From assembly GCA_035702105.1 (NCBI GenBank), contig DASSQZ010000235.1:2549-66548 (forward strand): a DNA stretch of 64,000 nucleotides, read 5' to 3'. The stretch's first letter is position 1. Every line of letters starts with the position of its first letter. Source of the stretch: Myxococcales bacterium. Its GTDB lineage: Bacteria > Myxococcota > Myxococcia > Myxococcales > 40CM-4-68-19. Shown here piece after piece: positions 55,571-63,702 of this stretch. The translations under genes were made by a program, and so were the position numbers. The notes beneath the pieces are model-generated. The model saw nothing but the letters and a program-made list of their open reading frames with translations. It was not told the origin of the DNA and searched no databases.

Positions 55571-56434
55571 TCACTTCCTGGTGAGCGCGGCCAGCTCTCC
55601 TGGATACGCGTGCAGCAGCGTCCCGGGGACCTTCACCTTCCCGCCCGTGACCTGCGCTTCCAGCATCAGCGCGTTGGCCACCGCCTGGCCGGCGAAATGG
55701 TTGTTGTTGACCGCGTAGACGTCGGTGACGCCCGGCTCCTGCGCCAGCGCCAGGGTGCGCTCCGCCCAGGGCTTCAGCTCCGCCGCCGAGTAGAGGTAGT
55801 CGTAGCGCTCGTCGCGCCCCGCCGCCTTGCGGAACCAATCCTTGTAGTTGCGGCCGTGGACGCGGATGTAGCCCACCTTCGACGTGGCGCGGGCCGAAGG
55901 CGGCAGCGAGTTGCGGAACATGGGCTGGTCGAGGTTGACGATGCCGATGCTCTCCTCGGCCAGCCCGGCGTAGAAGTCCGGCTCGTTCCAGGAGAGGTGG
56001 CGCACCTCCACCACCAGCGGGTAGGCGCGGAAGGCGCGGGCCAGGTCGCGCAGCCACTCGCGGTTCTGCTCCTGGTTGCGGAACGACCAGGGGAACTGCA
56101 GCAGGAGCGCGCCCAGCCTGCCTGCGTCGGCGAGCGGATCGAGGCCTGCCCGCACCGCGTCCACCTCCTCGCGCGTCCAGGCAAGGGTCCGCTCGTGCGT
56201 GAAGCGGCGCCAGAGCTTGGCGGTGAAGCGGAAGTCCGGATGGTCCTTCACCCGCTCGTTCCAGGCGCGGGCGGCGGCGGGCGAGGGCGGACGGTAGAAG
56301 GTGGAGTTGATCTCGACGGTGCGGAAGTAACCGGCGATGTATCGCAGCGGGTCGAATCCCTTCGGCCTGGGCTTCGGGTAGACCTTGCCCGCCCAGTCGG
56401 GATAGTCCCAGCCCGCGGGCCCGAAGCGGATCAA
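55571..56434 (-). CDS. DUF72 (YecE/UPF0759) family protein
   Basis: 287 aa from TTG 56434 (LIRFGPAGWDYPDWAGKVYP...YFRTVEINSTFY), the canonical DUF72 N-terminus. The start overlaps the stop of the upstream gene (TTGA, 56431-56434). Confidence 0.8.
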   Translation of the reverse strand: MIRFGPAGWDYPDWAGKVYPKPRPKGFDPLRYIAGYFRTVEINSTFYRPPSPAAARAWNERVKDHPDFRFTAKLWRRFTHERTLAWTREEVDAVRAGLDPLADAGRLGALLLQFPWSFRNQEQNREWLRDLARAFRAYPLVVEVRHLSWNEPDFYAGLAEESIGIVNLDQPMFRNSLPPSARATSKVGYIRVHGRNYKDWFRKAAGRDERYDYLYSAAELKPWAERTLALAQEPGVTDVYAVNNNHFAGQAVANALMLEAQVTGGKVKVPGTLLHAYPGELAALTRK

Positions 56435-58872
56435 GCGGAGAGCGCCTCGTGGACGCGCAGCGCCACCAGCGACGGTCCGGAGAGATCGATCCACTGCTTG
56501 AGCAGCGAGCGCCCGGGCTCGTAGGCGATCCGTCCGGCGGAGAGGCGGGTGAGGAAGGGCGCGTCGCTGGTGAACCACTGCTCCACGCGCAGGAGCGATC
56601 CGTCGCCCGCGCCACCGGCGAAGGTCCTCCACCACGGATCGGGCGGGTGCGGCGAGAGCCCGGAGTCGAGCGCGTCGGGAACTCCGAACCAGCGCTGGCG
56701 CAGTTCCTGGGCGTCCGCGGCGTCCACGCCCTGCAGCTCCACAGCCGCGTCGTCCTCCACGGGCCCGACCTCCGCGCGGAGCGCCCCTTCGCAGAGGCGG
56801 CGCTTGTCCATGCGCTGGATCTGCACCGGTACGCCGGCGAGCAGCGGCTCGCGCGAGAGCCAGGCTTCGATGCGCCGCAGGGTCTCGCGCTCGCGCTCGG
56901 GGTTGGGAGCATCCAGCGCGGCGAGCTTCCACCCTTCGCCGAGCAGGTAGAGCCGCAGCCCGGCGCCGCGCAGTCCGCTGCCGTCCGGCGCCGCGCGGCG
57001 CAGGGTCCCGTCGAGCTGGCGGCGGACGAGCGAGAGCACCGTGCCGAGAATGGCCTTCTGCGCCGCCTCCGCCGCCTTGCGCTGGCTCGCGTCCAGGTGC
57101 CCTCCCTCGGCGATGAGCGTGCGCCAGCGCCGCGCGTTGGCGGAGAAGGCCTCGCGCAGCGCGCCGCCGCCCAGCGCCGCCGCGGCGAAGGCGGCGGAGT
57201 CGATCAGGCGCTCGCCGCCGAGCAGGTAGCTCATCGAGGAGCCGGCGATGAAGGGCGCGGGCCGCCCCTCGCCGCGCGGCAGCCGCACGGTCATCTGCAG
57301 CGTCAGGCCGCCGAAGTCGGCGAAGGCCTCGATCGGGTGGCGGTCCTCGTCGCCGGTGGCGCGAGCCGCCTTCGCGGCCACCGGGTCCGCCACCAGGCGG
57401 TGGCTGGCGCTCGCCCAGGCGGAGCGGAGGCCGGCGCAGATCTCGTCCGCCACTCCGGTGAAGACCGCGCTGAACGGCTCGCCCGAGGCGGCGCTCCACG
57501 GGCAGGGCGGGAACGTGACCACCGTCTCCACGGCGCCGAGCCGCGGCGCGCGCAAGGTCCAGCGCCCCCCTTCGGGGGCCACCAGCGGAGTGGCGTGGGC
57601 GGCGGCGAGAGCGCGGCCGAGGAGCAGGCCATACGCCTCGAGCAGCCTGCGGCTCGCGCGCGACGGGTCCGCGTCGGGGACGGCGGCGAGCCAATCGGAG
57701 AGCATCATCAAATCGGGCGACTTGAAGCGGTCGGCCCGGACCGGGTCGCGGGCGGGCTCCGGCCCGGCCTGCGGCAGCCAGAGCTGGTCGGCGGAGGCCT
57801 GGCCCGCGAGCACGCGGCGCAGCGCGGCTGCGTTCGCGGCCACCAGCGCGGTGGGGAGCTGTCCGCCCGGCGCGAGCAGTTGCTCGCCGCAGCCGAAGAG
57901 ATGCGCAGTGGCCGGGTCTCCGGCGAGCCGGCAGAAGCCCGAGGGCGCGGCGTCGCGCTGCGGCTCGTGCAGCAGCTTCTTGCCCAGGGCGCCGGAGGAG
58001 GCGGTGTCCTCCTCCACCACCACCGTGGAGGTGCTGCCGATGTCCACCGCGATGCGGAGCGAGACGGGGACCGTGGGCGCCAGCGCGGCGCGCCCGGCGG
58101 GCGCCATTCCCCTGCGCGCCTGCCAGAGCGCGTCGAGGTCGAAGAGCGCCTGCGGCTCGCGCCCCTCCTGTGCCCGGAGCACTGCCCATCGCGGAGGCGA
58201 GGCCGTGGTCCAGGTGGCCACCGATTCCCCAGCCGCCCCCGCGTCGCTCCCGGCTGAAGGCGTGGCGGGCGGGCCCAGCCAGAGCGGCACCGGCCGACCC
58301 GCCGCGGTGCGGTGCGCCGCCGCCCGCAGCGACACCGGGCCGCGCCATCCCTCGCTGGCGAAAGGCGGGGAGAGCGCGAGGTGCACGTGCATCGACGCCG
58401 CGCCGGAGGCGAAGCGCGCGGCAAAGGTGACCGGGAAGCACTCGACCGCGGCAAGCTCGGTCTCGCGGACCACCGCGAGGAACGCGCGCAGCACCGCGCG
58501 GCCGCCCTCGAGCACGGGGGCGCCGTCCGGCACCAGCACGCCGGCATCGATCAGCCAGGCGCACCAGGACGGCACGGGCAGCGGAACCAGCGCCTTCTCC
58601 GCAGAGGGCCCCTGGGCATTGGCGGGCACCAGCACCGGGTCGGCGCACCCCACCAGGTCGCGCCAGTCCGCCAGGGCCGGCCCGAGCAGCGACTGCGCGG
58701 CCTGCTCGGTGAGTCCAAATCCCATGCCCATGGCCGCGAGCAGCGCGTCGATGGCGAGTTGCGGCTTCAGCGGGTTGGACCGGTCGTGCGCCAGCAGCGG
58801 CGAGCCGCGGCGGCGCAACCCGCGCAGCACGGAGCCGGCTGCGCGGCGGAGAACGAGCGGATCGGACTCCAC
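56431..58872 (-). CDS. 813-aa protein with an actin/Hsp70-like (ASKHA) ATPase core flanked by unknown N- and C-terminal domains
   Basis: GTG 58872 behind a GAGGAGG RBS. Motifs: RIAVDIGSTSTVVV (phosphate-1, ~aa 273-286), AVETVVTFPPC (compare Hsp70 AVITVPAYF, ~aa 447-457), FADFGGLTLQMTV (phosphate-2 DxGGxT, ~aa 517-529), LRLYLLGEGWKL (adenosine-motif-like, ~aa 639-650). The CDS call is firm; the functional call is tentative. Confidence 0.65.
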   Translation of the reverse strand: MESDPLVLRRAAGSVLRGLRRRGSPLLAHDRSNPLKPQLAIDALLAAMGMGFGLTEQAAQSLLGPALADWRDLVGCADPVLVPANAQGPSAEKALVPLPVPSWCAWLIDAGVLVPDGAPVLEGGRAVLRAFLAVVRETELAAVECFPVTFAARFASGAASMHVHLALSPPFASEGWRGPVSLRAAAHRTAAGRPVPLWLGPPATPSAGSDAGAAGESVATWTTASPPRWAVLRAQEGREPQALFDLDALWQARRGMAPAGRAALAPTVPVSLRIAVDIGSTSTVVVEEDTASSGALGKKLLHEPQRDAAPSGFCRLAGDPATAHLFGCGEQLLAPGGQLPTALVAANAAALRRVLAGQASADQLWLPQAGPEPARDPVRADRFKSPDLMMLSDWLAAVPDADPSRASRRLLEAYGLLLGRALAAAHATPLVAPEGGRWTLRAPRLGAVETVVTFPPCPWSAASGEPFSAVFTGVADEICAGLRSAWASASHRLVADPVAAKAARATGDEDRHPIEAFADFGGLTLQMTVRLPRGEGRPAPFIAGSSMSYLLGGERLIDSAAFAAAALGGGALREAFSANARRWRTLIAEGGHLDASQRKAAEAAQKAILGTVLSLVRRQLDGTLRRAAPDGSGLRGAGLRLYLLGEGWKLAALDAPNPERERETLRRIEAWLSREPLLAGVPVQIQRMDKRRLCEGALRAEVGPVEDDAAVELQGVDAADAQELRQRWFGVPDALDSGLSPHPPDPWWRTFAGGAGDGSLLRVEQWFTSDAPFLTRLSAGRIAYEPGRSLLKQWIDLSGPSLVALRVHEALSA

Positions 58873-58884
58873 CAGGCGGCCTCC

Positions 58885-59160
58885 TCAGCGCAGGTAGCTG
58901 CGCGCTTGTTCGACGGCCGCCGCGGGCGGCTCTTCATCGCCGCGCCCGGGCTTGCGCGCCGACAGCCGCGCGATCGATGCGGTGAGCGCGAAGAGCGCCC
59001 CGAGCGCGATCCAGAGGTTCCGGTCTCCCAGCGCCGCCGCGGCGTCGAGCAACTCGGGGGGAAGGAGGAGCGCGAGCGCGCTGGGAACGAGCAGGGTGAC
59101 GCCGCCGGCCACCACCAGTGCGAGCAGCCAGGGCCGTCTCTCGAGCGCCGCGAGCTTCAT
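58885..59160 (-). CDS. Small membrane protein (91 aa, 2 TM)
   Basis: MKLAALERRPWLLALVVAGGVTLLVPSALALLL ... NLWIALGALFALTASIA. The start overlaps the stop of the ABC fusion gene (ATGA, 59157-59160). Its own stop overlaps the RBS of the next gene. Confidence 0.55.
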   Translation of the reverse strand: MKLAALERRPWLLALVVAGGVTLLVPSALALLLPPELLDAAAALGDRNLWIALGALFALTASIARLSARKPGRGDEEPPAAAVEQARSYLR

Positions 59161-61631
59161 GCAGAACCCCCCTCGATGGTCCACTCCACGGCCGGCACGC
59201 CCAAGCCATGCGCGAGCCCCAGGTCCACCAGTGGACTGTGCGAGACCAGCACCGCCGCCCGCGGCTCGGCCTCGCCGAGCCAGCGCAAGAGAGCGTCCAT
59301 CAGCCGCAGGTGCGCGGGCGGATCGAGGGCGCCGAAGGGCTCGTCGAGGAGCAGCAGCCGCAGGCGGGAGCGGGGTGACGCCTCCAGCCGCAGCACCTCC
59401 GCCGCCAGGAGCACGCGCTGCCTCTCCCCCTCGGAGAGCACGCCGATGGGCCGGGAGAGCAGGGCATCGTCGATGGGGCCGAACCAGTGGCGCACCCGGT
59501 CGGTGCGGGGCCGCGCCCCCAGCACCTCCCGGACGGGCATCTCCAGCGGGTAGGCGCGCGCGGTGTCCTGCATCACGTAGCCCATCGCCACCGAAGGGAG
59601 CGGGCGCGCGGCCACGGCGCGCAGCAGCGTGGTCTTGCCGCAGCCCGATGCGCCCGAGAGCACCACCAGCTCGCCCGGCCGCACCTGCGCGTCCGGGGAG
59701 ATCAGGTGCGCCCTGCCCGCGATGGAGACGCGCGGGCCGAGGACGCGAATGCCGCCGGTCGAGTCGCCGGGCCCGGCAGGCGCGGCGCAGGCGCGGGCGG
59801 CCAGCATCTCTCCCGAGGCGTCGAGGTAGCGCTGCAGCGCCGGCGGCCGGGGCGGGCCTTCCCAGCGGAGCCGCGCATGCACCGCGAATTCGTGCGCGCG
59901 GCCGCCCTCCAGCCAGAGCACGTGATCGGTCACCGCCTCCGGCGCGCGGTCGCCGAGGAGGGCGTCCACCGCCTCGGGATCGTGCGAGGGGAGCACCACC
60001 GACCCGGCGCCCGCGAACTGCGGCGGGAGGAGCTCGCGCAGGCAGTCGAGGAGCGCGTGCGTGCGCGCGGGGTCCTGCGCGGAGGTGGGCTCGTCGAGGA
60101 GCAGCGTGCAGTCGGCGTCGCAGCGGACCCGCGCCAGCGCCAGGCAGAAGAGGAGCCGCTGCCGTTCGCCGCGGGAGAAGGCGGAGACCGAGGTAAAGGG
60201 ATCGAGGAGCCGGCTGCGGATGCGGTCGTCGTCGACGCGGCCGAGCAGGTCCCAGACCGCGCGCGCCTCCTGCGGGCGGGCCATGGAGGCGACGTCGGAA
60301 GCGGAGAGGGCCGCGGGCAGGGCCTCGTCGGGATCCTGGGGCACGAGCAGCGCGTCGGGAAGCTGCGCCGCCCACGCCCGCAAGAGCAGCGTCTTGCCCG
60401 CCCCCGAAGGACCGAGCACCCATTGCAGCGCGGGGCGCGGGGAAAGGCCGTGGGCGCCGGCGACCCCGCGGAACAGCTCGGCGCCGCCCAGATGCAGCGC
60501 GCCGTCGCGCAGGATCGAGCGGAGCCCGCGGCGGGGGAAGGCGTGCGCCAGCACCAGCAGCATGGCGGCGGCCACCACCGCGACGTGCGCCGAGCTCCAC
60601 GAGCCTGGAAGCGGCGTGGGCGCGCCGTCGGCGCCGATGCCGCGGAGGAAGAGCGCGGCGCCGAGCGAGGGATAGAGGGGAAAGCCGGGCGGCCGGAAGC
60701 TGTCGATGAGCGTGTTGGAGAGGATGTCGATGAACACCGCGGCTGCCATCCCGCCCAGGAGCAGGCCGCCAAGCTCGCGCCGCCGGCGCAGCCAGAGGCC
60801 GTGCCGGAGCAGGATCTCCCAGGGAGCGAGACCGCGCACCCGTGCCGCGACGAACGAGTCGCTGCCCTCCTCCGCAAGGCGCACCTCCTCGAGCCAGCTG
60901 ACGAGGCCGCGCGCGATGGCGAGCCCCAGCAGGAGCGAGGCCGAGAGCAGGCCCGGCGCCATGCCGAAGAGCGACGCGTAGGCGAGGCGATCGTCGGGAC
61001 GCAGCGCGAGGAAGCGCCCGGCGGCGAGGAACGCGGCGGGGCGGCAGAGGAGCGCGCGCATCACCAGCGCGAAGGCCACGTAGGGCACCGCGCCGGCGAA
61101 GGCGAGCAGGGCGTCCAGGGCGCGGCGCTCGCCGCCCAGACGGCGCGCATAGAGCCAGAGCCAGAGCGCCCCGAGCAGCGCCGCCGTGGCGCCTGCGCCG
61201 AGCGCCAGGACCGAAGTGCCGGCGAGCATCATGGGAAGGGCCGGCTCGAAGAGGCGGTCGGTGAGGGGGCCCTGGGTGAGCACCGCCATGCGCAGGGGAA
61301 AGAAGATGCCGCTGCTCCAGGCGAGGTAGAGCGCCTCGGCGATCATCAGAGCGAAGGCGAGCCCGACGAAGACGTCGGGCGCGGCAGGCGGCGGAGCCGA
61401 TGCGGCCGGGTCGGGGTTGCGGCGCGGCAGCGCGGCGCCGGCATTGCGTCGCACGAAGGCGGCGACCACCAGCCCGCCGCCCAGGAGCAGGAGCGCCAGC
61501 AGCGCCGCCGCGATCGGGTGCGGCTCGTCGCGCCAGGGCAGCGCGCAGAGCTGGGCAACTCCCGCCGCCGCGGAGAGCAGGGCCACCCCTGCCATGGCGC
61601 GGAACCCGGGCGGAAGCAGCCGCGCGATCAC
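59157..61631 (-). CDS. ABC transporter fusion: BPD-type permease domain plus two ATPase domains (TMD-NBD-NBD)
   Basis: 824 aa from GTG 61631. Degenerate EAA loop FVAARVRGLAPWEILLRHGLW (OppC/DppC-like). NBD1: GPSGAGKT, FSRGERQR, LLLDEPTSAQD. NBD2: GASGCGKT, LSEGERQR, LLLDEPFGALD, VLVSHS. Confidence 0.85.
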   Translation of the reverse strand: MIARLLPPGFRAMAGVALLSAAAGVAQLCALPWRDEPHPIAAALLALLLLGGGLVVAAFVRRNAGAALPRRNPDPAASAPPPAAPDVFVGLAFALMIAEALYLAWSSGIFFPLRMAVLTQGPLTDRLFEPALPMMLAGTSVLALGAGATAALLGALWLWLYARRLGGERRALDALLAFAGAVPYVAFALVMRALLCRPAAFLAAGRFLALRPDDRLAYASLFGMAPGLLSASLLLGLAIARGLVSWLEEVRLAEEGSDSFVAARVRGLAPWEILLRHGLWLRRRRELGGLLLGGMAAAVFIDILSNTLIDSFRPPGFPLYPSLGAALFLRGIGADGAPTPLPGSWSSAHVAVVAAAMLLVLAHAFPRRGLRSILRDGALHLGGAELFRGVAGAHGLSPRPALQWVLGPSGAGKTLLLRAWAAQLPDALLVPQDPDEALPAALSASDVASMARPQEARAVWDLLGRVDDDRIRSRLLDPFTSVSAFSRGERQRLLFCLALARVRCDADCTLLLDEPTSAQDPARTHALLDCLRELLPPQFAGAGSVVLPSHDPEAVDALLGDRAPEAVTDHVLWLEGGRAHEFAVHARLRWEGPPRPPALQRYLDASGEMLAARACAAPAGPGDSTGGIRVLGPRVSIAGRAHLISPDAQVRPGELVVLSGASGCGKTTLLRAVAARPLPSVAMGYVMQDTARAYPLEMPVREVLGARPRTDRVRHWFGPIDDALLSRPIGVLSEGERQRVLLAAEVLRLEASPRSRLRLLLLDEPFGALDPPAHLRLMDALLRWLGEAEPRAAVLVSHSPLVDLGLAHGLGVPAVEWTIEGGSA

Positions 61632-62650
61632 GGCGCGAACCTCGCGGCGCCGAGCGCATTGCGCATCTCCAGCACGAAGCGGTGTCCGGCGAACCAGAGC
61701 AGCACCACCGCGCCCGCCACCAGCGCGCAGGAGGAGAGCCGCTCGCCGGCCGCGGCCTCGCCGAGCGCCGCCCGGATCAGCGCGCCGAGTCCGCTGCTCG
61801 AGCCTTGCACCCGCGGGTCCTGGTCGGCCCTGGCGCAGACGAAGAGCGCGGCTCCCGCGAGCGCCGGCACCATGGGCACCAGCCAATCCGCCGCTTCCAG
61901 GGCGGCCACCCGCGCCGCCCGCCCGAAGGCGGGGTGTCCACCGGAGCGGGCGAAGCGCGCCGGCCCGAACAGGGCGCGCGCGGCCACCGCCGAGAGCGTG
62001 CCTGCGAATGCCGCCACGAAGAGGGCGGCGCCGAGACCTGCGCCGGCGGACCGCGTGCGGTCGTAGAACAGCGCCGGATCGAGCAGCGCCCAGAGGGGAT
62101 GGACGACGAGGGCGTAGCAGCCTGCCGCGAACGCGAGCCGTCCCCCGGTTCCCGCGTTGCGAAGCCTGGCCAGCGCGCCGCCGGCGGCCGCCGCCAGGAG
62201 CGAGAGCCCGAGGCCTCCGACGACGAAGGGAAGCGCGTCCGCCGCTCCGCGCGCTGCGGTGCGGAACCGGCTCTTGTCGGACGAGGCCGCGGCCCATGCG
62301 TCGCGCAGGGAGGCGAGGCGCAGCCCTTCGCCCGGCGCGGCGGGCAGCTCCCAGTCGGGGCGGCGCGCCCAGAGCCGCAGGAGGGCCGCCTGATCCGTGC
62401 CGGCGAGGCCCCGGTCGGCGGCGGCGCGCAGCACGGCGAGATCGAAGTCGAGGTACGCGGCCGCCGAAGTCTCCGCCGCAGGCCCGGCGCCGGAGCGATC
62501 GAAGGCGGCGAGGCCCAGCGCTAGCAGCAGGAGGCCGGCAAACCCGCACGCGCAGGCGGCGGCCCAGCGAAGCGCGCCCGCCGCGAGCCGGCTGGCCAGC
62601 GCAGCGGCGGCCAGCGCGCGCACGCCATCGGTCGGGGCCGGGCCGGTCAT
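61628..62650 (-). CDS. Polytopic membrane protein, probably the second (OppB/DppB-like) permease, highly divergent
   Basis: 340 aa from ATG 62650. N-terminal TM, a ~100-aa extracytoplasmic segment, then five or more TM. Weak EAA-like stretch FARSGGHPAFGRAARVAALEAADWLVPMV. Overlaps neighbours by 4 nt at both ends. Confidence 0.55.
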   Translation of the reverse strand: MTGPAPTDGVRALAAAALASRLAAGALRWAAACACGFAGLLLLALGLAAFDRSGAGPAAETSAAAYLDFDLAVLRAAADRGLAGTDQAALLRLWARRPDWELPAAPGEGLRLASLRDAWAAASSDKSRFRTAARGAADALPFVVGGLGLSLLAAAAGGALARLRNAGTGGRLAFAAGCYALVVHPLWALLDPALFYDRTRSAGAGLGAALFVAAFAGTLSAVAARALFGPARFARSGGHPAFGRAARVAALEAADWLVPMVPALAGAALFVCARADQDPRVQGSSSGLGALIRAALGEAAAGERLSSCALVAGAVVLLWFAGHRFVLEMRNALGAARFAP

Positions 62651-63702
62651 GGCGGTGCCGCCGGCGAGCATTCGCCGCTGAGGGCGGCAGCGCAGCCGAG
62701 CTGGCGCTCCAGGGCGGCGCGCAGCACGTCCAGCTCCTGGCAGTGGCCCGACCACGCCGCGGCATCGAGGGAGAACGAGGCGCGGTCGAGGGAGGGCGAA
62801 GGGGAGCCGCGGATCTCGCGGTCCCACTGATCGAAGCGATCGAGGGTCGCGGAGCGCGACCTCGCCGCCTCCCCGCAGGGCCGGGGAGGAGGATTGGGAT
62901 CGGGTTCGCGCGCGGGTTCCGGTGCGAGCGCGGGACGGGATTCGGCTGCAGGCGGCGGTTCGGGTGCGTGCGGGGGTTCGGCCGCGGCCTGCGATGTGCG
63001 GGCGGAATGGCGCAGGAGGGCCTCCTCGATCGGGAGGGCGGGGTCGAAGGCCGCCGCCCATTGCCGATCGGTTGCCGCAAAGGGCTTGAGCGCGATGGGG
63101 AAGGATGCGCCGGAAGGGTCGGGTTCGCCGGTGTCGGGCCTGACCGCGAGCAGCCACCACTCGCAGGCGTTCGCCTTCTCCAAGGTTGCGCGCGCCTCGG
63201 TCGCGGCCGCGGGCCATGGCCAGCCTTTTTCCCCCGGCCAGCAGAGGAGCGCGGTGCGCAGCGCCGTGCGGTCGGGCGCCCCCGCCGCCACAGCAGCCGG
63301 CTTGCGGGACCTGCGCGGCCAGCCGGAAACCCCGGGCCCGAGCGCCACCTGTTCCAAGAGCGCGGGCGGCGGCGGCGCGGGCGCCATGCGGATCGCGGCC
63401 AGCTCCACCGGGCTGCGCGCGCCGAAGAGACCGCGCGCGGAGACGGCGCAGTCGGGATCGGCGTTCGAGCGCAAGAGCTTGATGCGCCCCGGCGCCGGCC
63501 AGCGCTGCCGCGCGTAGTCGTCGAGAGCCCGCACCTGCACGCCGGCGCGCACCTCGCAGGCGTCGTCCGGCTCGCCCTGGCACTCGGCGCATCCGCGCAG
63601 CACCGTGGCGGCGGGCGCGTACTGCACGGCGCGGAACCAGTCTGCCGGCGCGGCGGCGGCCGCGGCGAGGAGCAGCAGGAGCGTCACGGCTGCGCGCTCC
63701 AC
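62647..63702 (-). CDS. Secreted protein of unknown function (Cys pairs, Pro-rich linker)
   Basis: 351 aa from GTG 63702. Signal peptide VERAAVTLLLLLAAAAAAPA. CAECQGEPDDAC, a central PEPPPAAESRPALAPEPAREPDPNPPPRP linker, and a C-terminal Cys-containing domain. Confidence 0.6.
   Translation of the reverse strand: MERAAVTLLLLLAAAAAAPADWFRAVQYAPAATVLRGCAECQGEPDDACEVRAGVQVRALDDYARQRWPAPGRIKLLRSNADPDCAVSARGLFGARSPVELAAIRMAPAPPPPALLEQVALGPGVSGWPRRSRKPAAVAAGAPDRTALRTALLCWPGEKGWPWPAAATEARATLEKANACEWWLLAVRPDTGEPDPSGASFPIALKPFAATDRQWAAAFDPALPIEEALLRHSARTSQAAAEPPHAPEPPPAAESRPALAPEPAREPDPNPPPRPCGEAARSRSATLDRFDQWDREIRGSPSPSLDRASFSLDAAAWSGHCQELDVLRAALERQLGCAAALSGECSPAAPP

Noticed and set aside
58885-62066. 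924-aa minus-strand and 859-aa plus-strand ORFs over the ABC fusion gene; also the very long listed forms 59157..63080 and 61628..63592
   Set aside because: Off-frame shadows, or artefactual N-terminal extensions running through upstream genes. Real starts were set where recognisable protein sequence and 4-nt stop/start overlaps begin (61631, 62650, 59160).
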